The translations under genes were made by a program, and so were the position numbers. From contig DRKT01000155.1 in the NCBI GenBank assembly GCA_011053195.1, positions 1-45,951 of the forward strand: 45,951 bases of DNA, given 5' to 3'. This document shows positions 27,365 through 35,541 of this stretch, piece after piece (positions within the stretch are counted from its first letter, which is position 1; each line of letters begins with the position of its first letter). This DNA comes from Phycisphaerales bacterium. Lineage in GTDB: Bacteria; Planctomycetota; Phycisphaerae; Phycisphaerales; UBA1924. The notes below the pieces were generated by a model, which saw only the letters and a program-made list of their open reading frames with translations, made no database searches and was not told where the DNA came from.

Positions 27365-30300
27365 ATGACCAGGCAGGATCTCGTCTCGCGCATCACACGC
27401 AAGTTTGGATTGGGCTCGAACCGAGCGGCCCAGCTCTCGCGAAATGCCGGTCGCGCGAGCTCGCCGATGGCGGATGCCTTTGAAGCGCTTGAACCTCGCA
27501 TCCTGCTCTCGGGCGATCACCCTGGCATCGACGAGGTCTTTGCCGACCCGCCGACCGCCGTCCCGACCGAAATCGTGCTGGTCAATGAAATCGGGCTCGG
27601 CTCGGGCATCATCGGCGATGTCGCGAACGACACGGGCGACTTCTTCCGATTCACGGCCGATGTCAACGGCTTTGTCTCAATCCTGGCCAACACCGTCGGC
27701 GGAACGCTCGACAGCGCGCTCGAGCTGTACCTGCCGGACGGGACCAAGCTCTCCGATGACACCGAAGGCTTCGACAACGGCACGACCGCTCGCGGCTTGG
27801 CCACCGATGGGTGGCTCGGGTTTGTCGCCCAGGCCGGGCAGGAGTATTACATCCGTGTCATGGGCGAATCGTCCACGACCGGGGCGTATGCCCTTCAGAT
27901 CAACGCCAAGGTCAACTCGCTGACCATCGACCAGAGCACCGGTTTCGTGCGCACCGGCAGTGCCACAGGCCAGGAGCAGACCATCAGCGGCCTGCAAGAA
28001 GATGTTCTCTATGAGTTCACGACGCCTGATCTTGCGCGGTTCACCGGGCTCGGCACGATCATGGCGGGCGACATTGTCTTCGGCAATGACAGCAATGGAT
28101 TCGTCAACACGCCGGATGATGTACGCGACCTTGTAGACACGCGCGTCGAGTTGTACGACTCGGCCGGGAACCTGATCGGGGCGGACTCGTCCGCCGGCCA
28201 CCAGACGGACGGGTTCCTGGTCACACGTTTCGAACGGGACACACAGTATTTCGTGCGCGTGCGTTCGGATGCGTTCGAGAACACCAACGTGACCAACCCG
28301 CAGTCCGGGCTTCCGGACAATGTGGCCATCGGCGACTTCGAGCTTCGCATCCAGGCGGCTGCGACAGACTTCTCGCTGGACCCGACCACACGCACAGGCG
28401 TGCTCGCCCGTGACAACGTCGCCGACGGTGTCGGCCTGCTGCGAGACCAGCACTCGGCCCAACTCTTCACGTTCGACGCGCTCGGCTCGGGCGACACCAT
28501 CATCAACTTCTTCTCCTACGCCAACATCGGTTTCATCATCCCCGGAGCCGATCCCAAGATCCAACTCTTCAACGACTCATCCACAACGCCTATCGAAGCC
28601 AATGACACCGCTGTCAACTTCGACGGTTTTGACCGGGCCGAAATCCAGACCCAGCTCCAGGGCGGCGACACATATTACGTCTTGGTTGATTCCTTTGATG
28701 GTCCGTTCCTGAACGTTGGTGCCCCACCCCGCGATATCGCCAACAGCGAGATTTTCTATCAGTTCGTGATCGAATCGAATGCAACACTCGACCGCAGCGA
28801 TGCGGACCAACCGATCGATGACCATGTGGATTTCCTCGCCGACCGATCGATCGTGAGGGATCTGGCCACGCCGCTGATCTGGGGAGACCCGATCACACCC
28901 GTCGGATTTGTCGATGACAGCGATTACGTCGACACCAATGGCGACGGCAATCCGGATGCCTTCGGCGATGGCGGCGGCTTCGTGCCCGTGGTCTACCCAT
29001 CCGTCTTCGATTTCCCGAACGAGGCAGTCGATCACGTTCAGGTCGTTCAGGCGTTCGCCTCGGGTCGGCTGGACACCTTCAACGACACCGATGTCTTCAT
29101 GTTCACACCCCAGATCGATCATCTCGGCGCCTTCGAGGGCGGCCGGCTGCTCGACATGGATGGTCAGGAAGTCGACCCGCCGGTATGGGACCTCAACGGT
29201 CGGCCGGCGTCGCGCATCTCGCTCTCGGTCAACTTCGAACTCGAGTGGCTGGCGCTCGGCACTACCGCGGTTCAAATCTACGATTCGAACTTCGAGCTGA
29301 TCAATGAAGAGATGATGACACCGATCCAATCGGTGAATGTCCCGCCGAGCCAGTCACCGGCCGGCGTTGAGAGCCCGTCACTTCTCGGCCCCGACCCTGA
29401 AACGAAGCAGAAGCGTGAGGTTGCAGTGACGCTTGAGAACCTCTACTGGGGCGGCGAGGCCTACTACATCGTGATTTCCGCACCGGGCACGCGCACTCGC
29501 TACAACCTCGTCCTCCAAGGCGACTCCGAGGACCGTGGACTGAACGGGGACACGCCATTCGCCACGACGCTCGAAGCGCCCGAGGAAGGCAACTTCGGCG
29601 ACGCAGAGGAATTGTTCTTTGACATCAACACAGGTCTGGCAACCACCAGCGGCAACCCGTCGTTCACCGCCGAACGCCGCACGTTTACCGATGTGAAGGT
29701 CGGCGTCGACGACCCGCTCGATGCCAACTTCTTCGACACGATCATCCAGTCCGGCGAGCTCGGCAACATCTCGCGGCTTGATGATACGGACCTGTACAAG
29801 TTCGTCGCGCCGAACGACGGCACCGCCGAGATCGTCATCAGCACCACGCAGATCCAGGATGTGTTCAACGAAATCTTCTTCGACAGCGGCGACGGCTCGA
29901 TCGTTGCCGGCGGGGCCTCGCTCAGCAAGACCTACAACAGCCCGCTCGATGCGGCCATCCGCGTGTTCGACAGCGCGGGCAATCAGCTTGCGTATGTCGA
30001 CAACTTCCTCGGCACACCGGCCGACGGGCTGACGATCCCGTTCGGCTCCGGCGGAAATCCGAATGTTGGTGACCTCCAGATATTCCGCAAGGACCCGCGG
30101 GCCGTGATCAATGTTCAGGAAGGGCAGGAATACTTCGTTCTGGTCGAAAGCTCGCAGCGATGGCGCAACAACGCCGAAGCGCCCGATCCGGCCGATCGGA
30201 TCGCGACCAATCCCGCTGCGGGCAATGTCGACTGGCGCGTGGCGACGGGCTCGTACCAGCTCGTGGTCAACGCGACTCCGAATCTGGACGCCTCCGACGA

Positions 30301-33300
30301 CCACGCCGACACCATCTTCCGCAACTTCCAGCAGACCGTGATCCCGATCAACTCGGACCCGAACAGCCCGGACAACGGGACGGGCTCAGTCTCCGGGGCG
30401 ATCGAGGTCGTGAATGATTCAGATACATTTGAATTTGTGGCACCGGTTGACGGGCTGCTGACAATCACACTCGATCCGAGTGCGAGTCTTTCGCTGGTCA
30501 TGAATGTGCTGGATGGCGCCAACAACAACATCTTCCTGCCGAACAACTCGGCGTTCAACGGCGAGCCGCTGACAGTGAGCTTCGCGGTCAACCAGGCGGA
30601 GCGATACGAGATCGCGCTTTTCGGCCTGACGGGCACGGGTACGTACACGATGGATCTTTCCGGCCTGCCGGTCGGTGATGATCTGCCCGACGGCAGCCAG
30701 TTCTTCGCGGCGACGGAGCTCGTATTCCCCGAATTCAGTCGATCCGCTGAAACCTCAGCTACGCTTGACCAGGGCGGTGATTCGGATGTGTTCTACTTCG
30801 ATGCCACCGTCACGGATCTGGCAACCCTGACCGTTTCCCGCGGGGACGGGCAGGCGGCCATGACACCCGCAGTCGAGATCTACGAACTCGGCCAAGACAA
30901 CGCGGCCACGCCCAATCCGCTGAACAACCTTATCGCATGGGACCGCAACCCGAACAACGATGGCACGGTCGTGATCGATTTCTCGACACAGATCGGTCGG
31001 CGATACTTCGTGGTGGTCAAAGGATCCGATCCGAACAGCTCGCTCGGCGGATACGACCTCAAGGTGGATTACGACCCGGCGGACGATCACGCCGATCTGG
31101 GCGACCTGCTCAATGCCACGTTTGTGAACATCGTGCCGAGCACCGGCGCCGGATCAGAGACCGGCATCCTCGAACAGGTCAACGACTCGGACCTGTTCGT
31201 CTTCGGCGTGCCGGCGAACGGCCCAGTGGATATCTCGCTTGTCTGGACGCCACAGACCGGCGCCGAGTTTGAGCTGCGCATCTTTGACATCGACGGCAAC
31301 CCGTTCGACGTCAATAACAACGGCGTTATCGACACCTTCAAGAGCTCATCCGGCTTCCTCGCGATCGATCAATTCACCGGGGCACCGGCGGACATCTTCT
31401 ATGTCGCTGTCCTCGGCCCGACCGCAACGCGAATCGACTACACCCTCAACGTCAATACGGGACTCGTCGATGATCACGCCAATGACGGTGCTTTTGGTAC
31501 CGCGACGGCGATCCCGCTTGATCTCCAGACCGGCGATGGCTCGGCGACCGGTCGACTCGAAGTCGACGACGACACGGATTTCTTCACATTTGACGTGCTC
31601 GATGATGGAATTGTCACCGTCTCGCTCGACACCCCCACGATCGAGACGCCCGTCTTCAAGCTGTACGATTCGTCCTTCAACCTGCTCTCGCCGACACAGG
31701 TCAATGCAAATACGATCCAGTTCACCAACAGCAGCGGCGTCAACGCAACGTACTTCGTCTCCATCGGCTCAACGTTCCCCGGTATTCGGACCGGTTCCTA
31801 CACCATCAGTGTCGATGGGCCTCCGGTCGCGCCGGCTCCGGGTGACGACCACGCCAACATCGGCGATCTGGTCAACGCCACGGTGCTTGACGTCAACCCG
31901 ATCAGCGGCGACGCATCCGACACCGGCATCATCGACAATGTCATCGACAACGACCTGTTCAAGTACGTCGCAATCGGTCGCGGTGAAGTCTTTGTCCAGG
32001 TCTTCTCAGAGGATGACCCGACGCCGGACTTCACGGTCCGCGTCTTCTCATCCGATGGCACAGAGATTGTCGAGTTGGCCAACGCAACGGGTGTCGATGG
32101 TGTCGCCGGCGTGACGGCCGCGACGGCATTCGATGCTGCTTCGGCGAATCAGACGTTCTACCTGCTGGTCGATTCGACCAATGATATCGACACCGGCAAC
32201 TACACGATCCGCGTCGACGGCGCTGCCGCCACCACGCGGACGTACTACCCGGAAGGTTTCGCCAATGCCGGGATCAGCGAGTTTATCTCGCTGGCCAATC
32301 CGAATGATGAAGCCGTTTCGTACAACATCACGGTGTACTACGCGGACACGAACCTGGGATCGGCCGTGGTCGCCAGCGGCACGCTCGCGGCGGGCGCTCG
32401 CGGCGGCGCGACGCTCTCGTTCGGTGGCGACATCGACGGCGACGGCAACGCCGACTACGCGCCGGGCATCATTCCCAACGAGGCCTACTCGATTGTCGTC
32501 GAGTCGTCGCTGAGGCTCGGCGCCGGGCTCAGCCATTACGATGCCAATCTCGTGCGTTCCGGTGCGATCGGCGAGGTCTTCACCGATCAGACCACCAACC
32601 GCTGGGAGTTCCCGGATGTCACCCGCAACCCGGGCGTCGTGGAAGAATTCCTCGTCTACTTCAATCCGAACTCATTCGATGTCAACGTCACGATCACCGC
32701 GTTCACCGGCAGCGGCCAGACCATCCAGCTCCCGGTCCAGACCCTTGCTGCCAACCAGCGGGGCGGGATCGAGGTCCACAGCACGACATCGCTGCCTCTG
32801 GGCACGTTCGCGGTCGAGATCACCTCGGCTCCGGTTGACTCGGCCGATGCTGATCGGGATCTCGGGATTGTCGCTGCCCTGAGCCGGTACAACCTGCTCG
32901 ACAAGTTTGCCTTCGGCTATCTCGGAATTCGCGATGGTGGGAGCACGACCAACATCGTCACCTCGCTGACCAACGGCACCGATGTCACCAGCGAATTCTC
33001 GATCTTCAACCCGGGCAGCGTTGATGCCCAGGTGACGATCAAGGGCTCGTACCTTGAAGAGCAGAACCTGCCGGACCTATTCCGCACGGTGACAGTCGGG
33101 GCCGGCGAGAGCCTGACGCTGACCGGGTCCGACCTGGCGTTCGTCAACAATGCTCCGATCGGGCTGGAGATCACGTCCAACGTCGACGTTGCCATCTCAA
33201 CGCTCGAACGGCAGCGCGGCGACGCGGATGCCACCGGCGCCTTCACCGAGGCCGGAACATCCTTCTTCTTTGGCGACGCCTTCCTGAATCCGTCGCACGC

Positions 33301-33616
33301 CGGCGATCTGTATTCAGAATCGCTCTCGTTCTACAATCCGAATTCCGAAGACACGGATGTGACGATCACGTTCTACTTCGCCGACGGCTCGGCCGAGCGG
33401 GTCCGCATGGAAACAGTCGCCGCCAATGATTTCCTCCTGCTCAAGCTTGAGAATCTCGCCGAGGTGGTCCAGAACAGACCGAACCTGAACTACTACTCGA
33501 TGCGGATCGATGCCACCAGCGCGATCGTCACCCAATTGACGCACTACGACGGCTTCCTCGGTGGCGGCTGGGCCACCGGCGGGGCCCCACTTGGGCTGCT
33601 CAACCCGATCGTCTGA
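27365..33616 (+). CDS. Giant (2083 aa) LEPR-XLL domain protein with about 10 PPC-like (pre-peptidase C-terminal type) modules and a C-terminal 4-repeat block
   Basis: GGAG lies 6 nt upstream of the ATG at 27365. An uninterrupted 6.25-kb ORF with strong GC3. It has an N-terminal FEALEPRILLSGD motif, then repeated D-x-D-x-[FY]-x-[FY] ... [LI][YF]D..G ... YY[IV].V ... Y.L.[IV] modules. Confidence 0.9.
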   Translation: MTRQDLVSRITRKFGLGSNRAAQLSRNAGRASSPMADAFEALEPRILLSGDHPGIDEVFADPPTAVPTEIVLVNEIGLGSGIIGDVANDTGDFFRFTADVNGFVSILANTVGGTLDSALELYLPDGTKLSDDTEGFDNGTTARGLATDGWLGFVAQAGQEYYIRVMGESSTTGAYALQINAKVNSLTIDQSTGFVRTGSATGQEQTISGLQEDVLYEFTTPDLARFTGLGTIMAGDIVFGNDSNGFVNTPDDVRDLVDTRVELYDSAGNLIGADSSAGHQTDGFLVTRFERDTQYFVRVRSDAFENTNVTNPQSGLPDNVAIGDFELRIQAAATDFSLDPTTRTGVLARDNVADGVGLLRDQHSAQLFTFDALGSGDTIINFFSYANIGFIIPGADPKIQLFNDSSTTPIEANDTAVNFDGFDRAEIQTQLQGGDTYYVLVDSFDGPFLNVGAPPRDIANSEIFYQFVIESNATLDRSDADQPIDDHVDFLADRSIVRDLATPLIWGDPITPVGFVDDSDYVDTNGDGNPDAFGDGGGFVPVVYPSVFDFPNEAVDHVQVVQAFASGRLDTFNDTDVFMFTPQIDHLGAFEGGRLLDMDGQEVDPPVWDLNGRPASRISLSVNFELEWLALGTTAVQIYDSNFELINEEMMTPIQSVNVPPSQSPAGVESPSLLGPDPETKQKREVAVTLENLYWGGEAYYIVISAPGTRTRYNLVLQGDSEDRGLNGDTPFATTLEAPEEGNFGDAEELFFDINTGLATTSGNPSFTAERRTFTDVKVGVDDPLDANFFDTIIQSGELGNISRLDDTDLYKFVAPNDGTAEIVISTTQIQDVFNEIFFDSGDGSIVAGGASLSKTYNSPLDAAIRVFDSAGNQLAYVDNFLGTPADGLTIPFGSGGNPNVGDLQIFRKDPRAVINVQEGQEYFVLVESSQRWRNNAEAPDPADRIATNPAAGNVDWRVATGSYQLVVNATPNLDASDDHADTIFRNFQQTVIPINSDPNSPDNGTGSVSGAIEVVNDSDTFEFVAPVDGLLTITLDPSASLSLVMNVLDGANNNIFLPNNSAFNGEPLTVSFAVNQAERYEIALFGLTGTGTYTMDLSGLPVGDDLPDGSQFFAATELVFPEFSRSAETSATLDQGGDSDVFYFDATVTDLATLTVSRGDGQAAMTPAVEIYELGQDNAATPNPLNNLIAWDRNPNNDGTVVIDFSTQIGRRYFVVVKGSDPNSSLGGYDLKVDYDPADDHADLGDLLNATFVNIVPSTGAGSETGILEQVNDSDLFVFGVPANGPVDISLVWTPQTGAEFELRIFDIDGNPFDVNNNGVIDTFKSSSGFLAIDQFTGAPADIFYVAVLGPTATRIDYTLNVNTGLVDDHANDGAFGTATAIPLDLQTGDGSATGRLEVDDDTDFFTFDVLDDGIVTVSLDTPTIETPVFKLYDSSFNLLSPTQVNANTIQFTNSSGVNATYFVSIGSTFPGIRTGSYTISVDGPPVAPAPGDDHANIGDLVNATVLDVNPISGDASDTGIIDNVIDNDLFKYVAIGRGEVFVQVFSEDDPTPDFTVRVFSSDGTEIVELANATGVDGVAGVTAATAFDAASANQTFYLLVDSTNDIDTGNYTIRVDGAAATTRTYYPEGFANAGISEFISLANPNDEAVSYNITVYYADTNLGSAVVASGTLAAGARGGATLSFGGDIDGDGNADYAPGIIPNEAYSIVVESSLRLGAGLSHYDANLVRSGAIGEVFTDQTTNRWEFPDVTRNPGVVEEFLVYFNPNSFDVNVTITAFTGSGQTIQLPVQTLAANQRGGIEVHSTTSLPLGTFAVEITSAPVDSADADRDLGIVAALSRYNLLDKFAFGYLGIRDGGSTTNIVTSLTNGTDVTSEFSIFNPGSVDAQVTIKGSYLEEQNLPDLFRTVTVGAGESLTLTGSDLAFVNNAPIGLEITSNVDVAISTLERQRGDADATGAFTEAGTSFFFGDAFLNPSHAGDLYSESLSFYNPNSEDTDVTITFYFADGSAERVRMETVAANDFLLLKLENLAEVVQNRPNLNYYSMRIDATSAIVTQLTHYDGFLGGGWATGGAPLGLLNPIV
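27488..27511 (+). other. LEPR-XLL motif (LEPRILLS) near the N-terminus of the giant protein
   Basis: Literal LEPRILLS at codons 42-49 from the ATG at 27365. I recall this motif as characteristic of large planctomycetal secreted or surface proteins. Confidence 0.75.
27585..32235 (+). repeat. Array of about 10 diverged PPC-like protein modules (protein-level repeat, about 115-240 aa each)
   Basis: Core motifs are NDTGDFFRF, QEDVLYEF, SAQLFTF, NDTDVFMF, DDTDLYKF, NDSDTFEF, GDSDVFYF, NDSDLFVF, DDTDFFTF and IDNDLFKY. DDH[AV][DN] linkers begin at nt 28817, 30296, 31082, 31469 and 31844. Confidence 0.75.
32243..33613 (+). repeat. Four tandem repeats of about 100-120 aa of unassigned family at the C-terminus of the giant protein
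   Basis: Repeat starts are at nt 32243 (YYPEGFANAGISEFISLANPNDEAVSYNITVYY), 32603 (WEFPDV..EEFLVYFNPNSFDVNVTITAF), 32906 (FAFGY..SEFSIFNPGSVDAQVTIKG) and 33263 (FFFGDAF..SESLSFYNPNSEDTDVTITFYF). Confidence 0.65.
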
Positions 33617-33643
33617 CCAAATCGGCCCGACCCAAGCATTCCC

Positions 33644-33676
33644 GGCCCCGCAGATACGGATCTGCGGGGCCTTTTT
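33644..33676 (+). terminator. Rho-independent terminator of the giant gene
   Basis: A perfect 12-bp stem GGCCCCGCAGAT/ATCTGCGGGGCC with a 4-nt loop ACGG, followed by TTTTT, 28 nt after the stop codon. Confidence 0.8.
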
Positions 33677-33755
33677 CGCGGCTCTGCCCGCCCGATGGAT
33701 GAAACCCGGAACCCACCTGGGTGGTTCAATATGAACGTCCGGCCGCCCTGCCGCG

Positions 33756-33761
33756 TACAAT
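33756..33761 (+). promoter_or_regulatory. Candidate -10 hexamer TACAAT upstream of the DsbD-N-like gene
   Basis: TACAAT lies 42 nt upstream of the proposed TTG start. The -35 is weak. Confidence 0.25.
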
Positions 33762-33802
33762 CCGGTGAAGCGAGGTTGGACGGATTCAGGGAGGTCTTAT
33801 CT

Positions 33803-34729
33803 TTGCAAACGCAGCGCAAGCCTTGGTTGTGCGGGGTGGTCGGGTTTTTGTGTGCACTGGCTGTTCCGGTCGGTGCTGTGTGGGCTCAGCCGGGCGGCGA
33901 GGATGGACCGCCGGTGCATTCCCGGGTTCATCTGGTTTCGGAATTCGAGGCTGTGACGCCCGGGATGACAGCGATGCTCGGGCTCGTGTTTGATCTGGAT
34001 GACGGCTGGCACTCGTACGCGGATTCCTGGAATGACTCCGGGGCGCCGATGTCGGCGGTCTGGAGCCTGCCCGAGGGCTTTACCATCGGAGACCCGATCT
34101 GGCCCGCGGCCCATCGCTTCATCCAGCCGGGCGGGATCCTCGACCATGTGTACGAGCATCAGGCGATCATTCTCTTTCCGCTGGCCATCGATGCGGATGT
34201 CGAAGTCGGAACGGATGCGGTCATCTCGGCTTCGCTCGAGTGGCTGGTCTGCGACGACAACTCGTGCGTGCCTCAGTTCGCCGAGACGAGCATCACGATC
34301 CCCGTCCACAACGCAACGAAAATAGGCGAGGGCGCCCGGGTGATCGCCAAGGCCCGTACGAAGATGGGCCGACTGGCCACCGGCTCGAAAGCCGACCCTG
34401 TGATTCTCAGTTGGCAAGGCGACACGCTGGTCGCCGAGAACCTCGAAGGCTTGGGCATGGCGTTCGTACCGGGGCCGGGGTGTGTCGAGCCGATCGACCT
34501 GCTGGAGCGAGGACAATCCGACACGGGGCGCCTCGAGCTCGCCTTCAACTTCGACGATCACCCCGAGGGGCTCGTGGTCGGCTGGATCGAGCTCATCGAC
34601 AAGCCCGGAAAACGTCCACTGACGACGCCGGAGCGGATCACACTGGTGCGATTGCACCGCGGTGAGCGACCGGCCCGGCTTCTCGGGCAACCCGGAGGCG
34701 AGGCGGCACCCGAACAGGGTCCGCGCTGA
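33803..34729 (+). CDS. Secreted DsbD N-terminal (DsbD-alpha/ScsB-like) domain protein with a C-terminal region of unknown function
   Basis: AGGGAGG lies 8 nt upstream of the TTG at 33803, giving signal peptide QTQRKPWLCGVVGFLCALAVPVGAVWAQ. The motif WLVCDDNSCVPQ is typical of DsbD-alpha-like domains. ATG starts at 33695 or 33731 are possible but lack an RBS. Confidence 0.72.
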   Translation: MQTQRKPWLCGVVGFLCALAVPVGAVWAQPGGEDGPPVHSRVHLVSEFEAVTPGMTAMLGLVFDLDDGWHSYADSWNDSGAPMSAVWSLPEGFTIGDPIWPAAHRFIQPGGILDHVYEHQAIILFPLAIDADVEVGTDAVISASLEWLVCDDNSCVPQFAETSITIPVHNATKIGEGARVIAKARTKMGRLATGSKADPVILSWQGDTLVAENLEGLGMAFVPGPGCVEPIDLLERGQSDTGRLELAFNFDDHPEGLVVGWIELIDKPGKRPLTTPERITLVRLHRGERPARLLGQPGGEAAPEQGPR

Positions 34730-34769
34730 TACCATTGAAGATCGAACACAACAGCAAAGGGAGGACACC

Positions 34770-35432
34770 ATGCTGAGTATGACACGGAAACGGAATTGGA
34801 TGGGGCTCGTGGCGGCGGGCATCGGCGCGCTGGGCGTGACGTTCGCGGCGGGCATGGGCACTCGACCCGAGTCCGAAGGCGTCAAGGTCGGCGACAAGGC
34901 CCCGGACTTCACACTGACGGACATCCACGGCGTGGAGCACACGCTGAGCGATTACACCGCTGAGGGCAAGATCGTTGTCCTCGAATGGTTCAATCCGGAC
35001 TGCCCGTTCGTCAAGAAGTTTCACTGGTCGCACACCACCATGCGCGACACCGTGGCCAAGTTCAAGGACAAGCCGGTGCAGTTCCTGGCGATCAACTCGG
35101 CCGGCGCTCCGGGCAAGCAGGGTTGGGGCGAGAAGCGGAATCTTGAGGCCGAGGAGCAGTACCACATCGAGTATCCGATCCTGCTGGACAAGTCCAGCGC
35201 GGTGGGTCACATGTACGGCGCCAAGCGCACGCCGCACATCTTCATTGTCGACGCCAAAGGCACCGTCCGGTACATCGGCCCGATCGACTCAACCTCAAGC
35301 TCGCGCAAGGTTGGCGAGAACTACCTCGAGACGGCATTGAATCAACTCCTGGCGGGCGAGACGGACATTATTGAACCAGCCATCCCGGCGTATGGCTGCG
35401 CGGTGAAGTACGTCAAGAAGAACAAGAAGTAA
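34770..35432 (+). CDS. Secreted thioredoxin-fold redoxin (AhpC/TSA-like) with CPFV instead of CxxC
   Basis: GGGAGG lies 7 nt upstream of the ATG at 34770, with a signal or anchor sequence MGLVAAGIGALGVTFAAG. Motifs are KAPDFTLTD, VLEWFNPDCPFVKKF, RTPHIFIVD and C-terminal YGCAVKY. Confidence 0.85.
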   Translation: MLSMTRKRNWMGLVAAGIGALGVTFAAGMGTRPESEGVKVGDKAPDFTLTDIHGVEHTLSDYTAEGKIVVLEWFNPDCPFVKKFHWSHTTMRDTVAKFKDKPVQFLAINSAGAPGKQGWGEKRNLEAEEQYHIEYPILLDKSSAVGHMYGAKRTPHIFIVDAKGTVRYIGPIDSTSSSRKVGENYLETALNQLLAGETDIIEPAIPAYGCAVKYVKKNKK

Positions 35433-35458
35433 GCCTCCATCTTCGATACGCTCGGTCG

Positions 35459-35490
35459 CGGCCCGGGGCATTCCGGGCCGTGACTCTTTT
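35459..35490 (+). terminator. Probable intrinsic terminator after the redoxin gene
   Basis: An 8-bp GC stem CGGCCCGG/CCGGGCCG with a 6-nt loop, followed by TGACTCTTTT. Confidence 0.6.
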
Positions 35491-35541
35491 CGGGAATGCA
35501 ACTCGGGTCGACCCAAGCCCTGAGCCGATACCGTACTGTCT

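Noticed and set aside
30296-32235. Regularly spaced DDHA[DN]-encoding DNA (periods of about 375-390 nt) as a possible nucleotide-level tandem repeat or CRISPR-like array
   Set aside because: The periodicity exists only at protein-domain level. The DNA copies are highly diverged (gacgaccacgccgac, gacgatcacgccgat, gatgatcacgccaat) and lie inside one continuous ORF.
33797-34942. A 381-aa minus-strand ORF antisense to the DsbD-N-like gene, and a 428-aa minus-strand ORF at 37814-39100 antisense to the hydrolase and deoC
   Set aside because: These are shadow ORFs. The sense-strand products have signal peptides and catalytic motifs.
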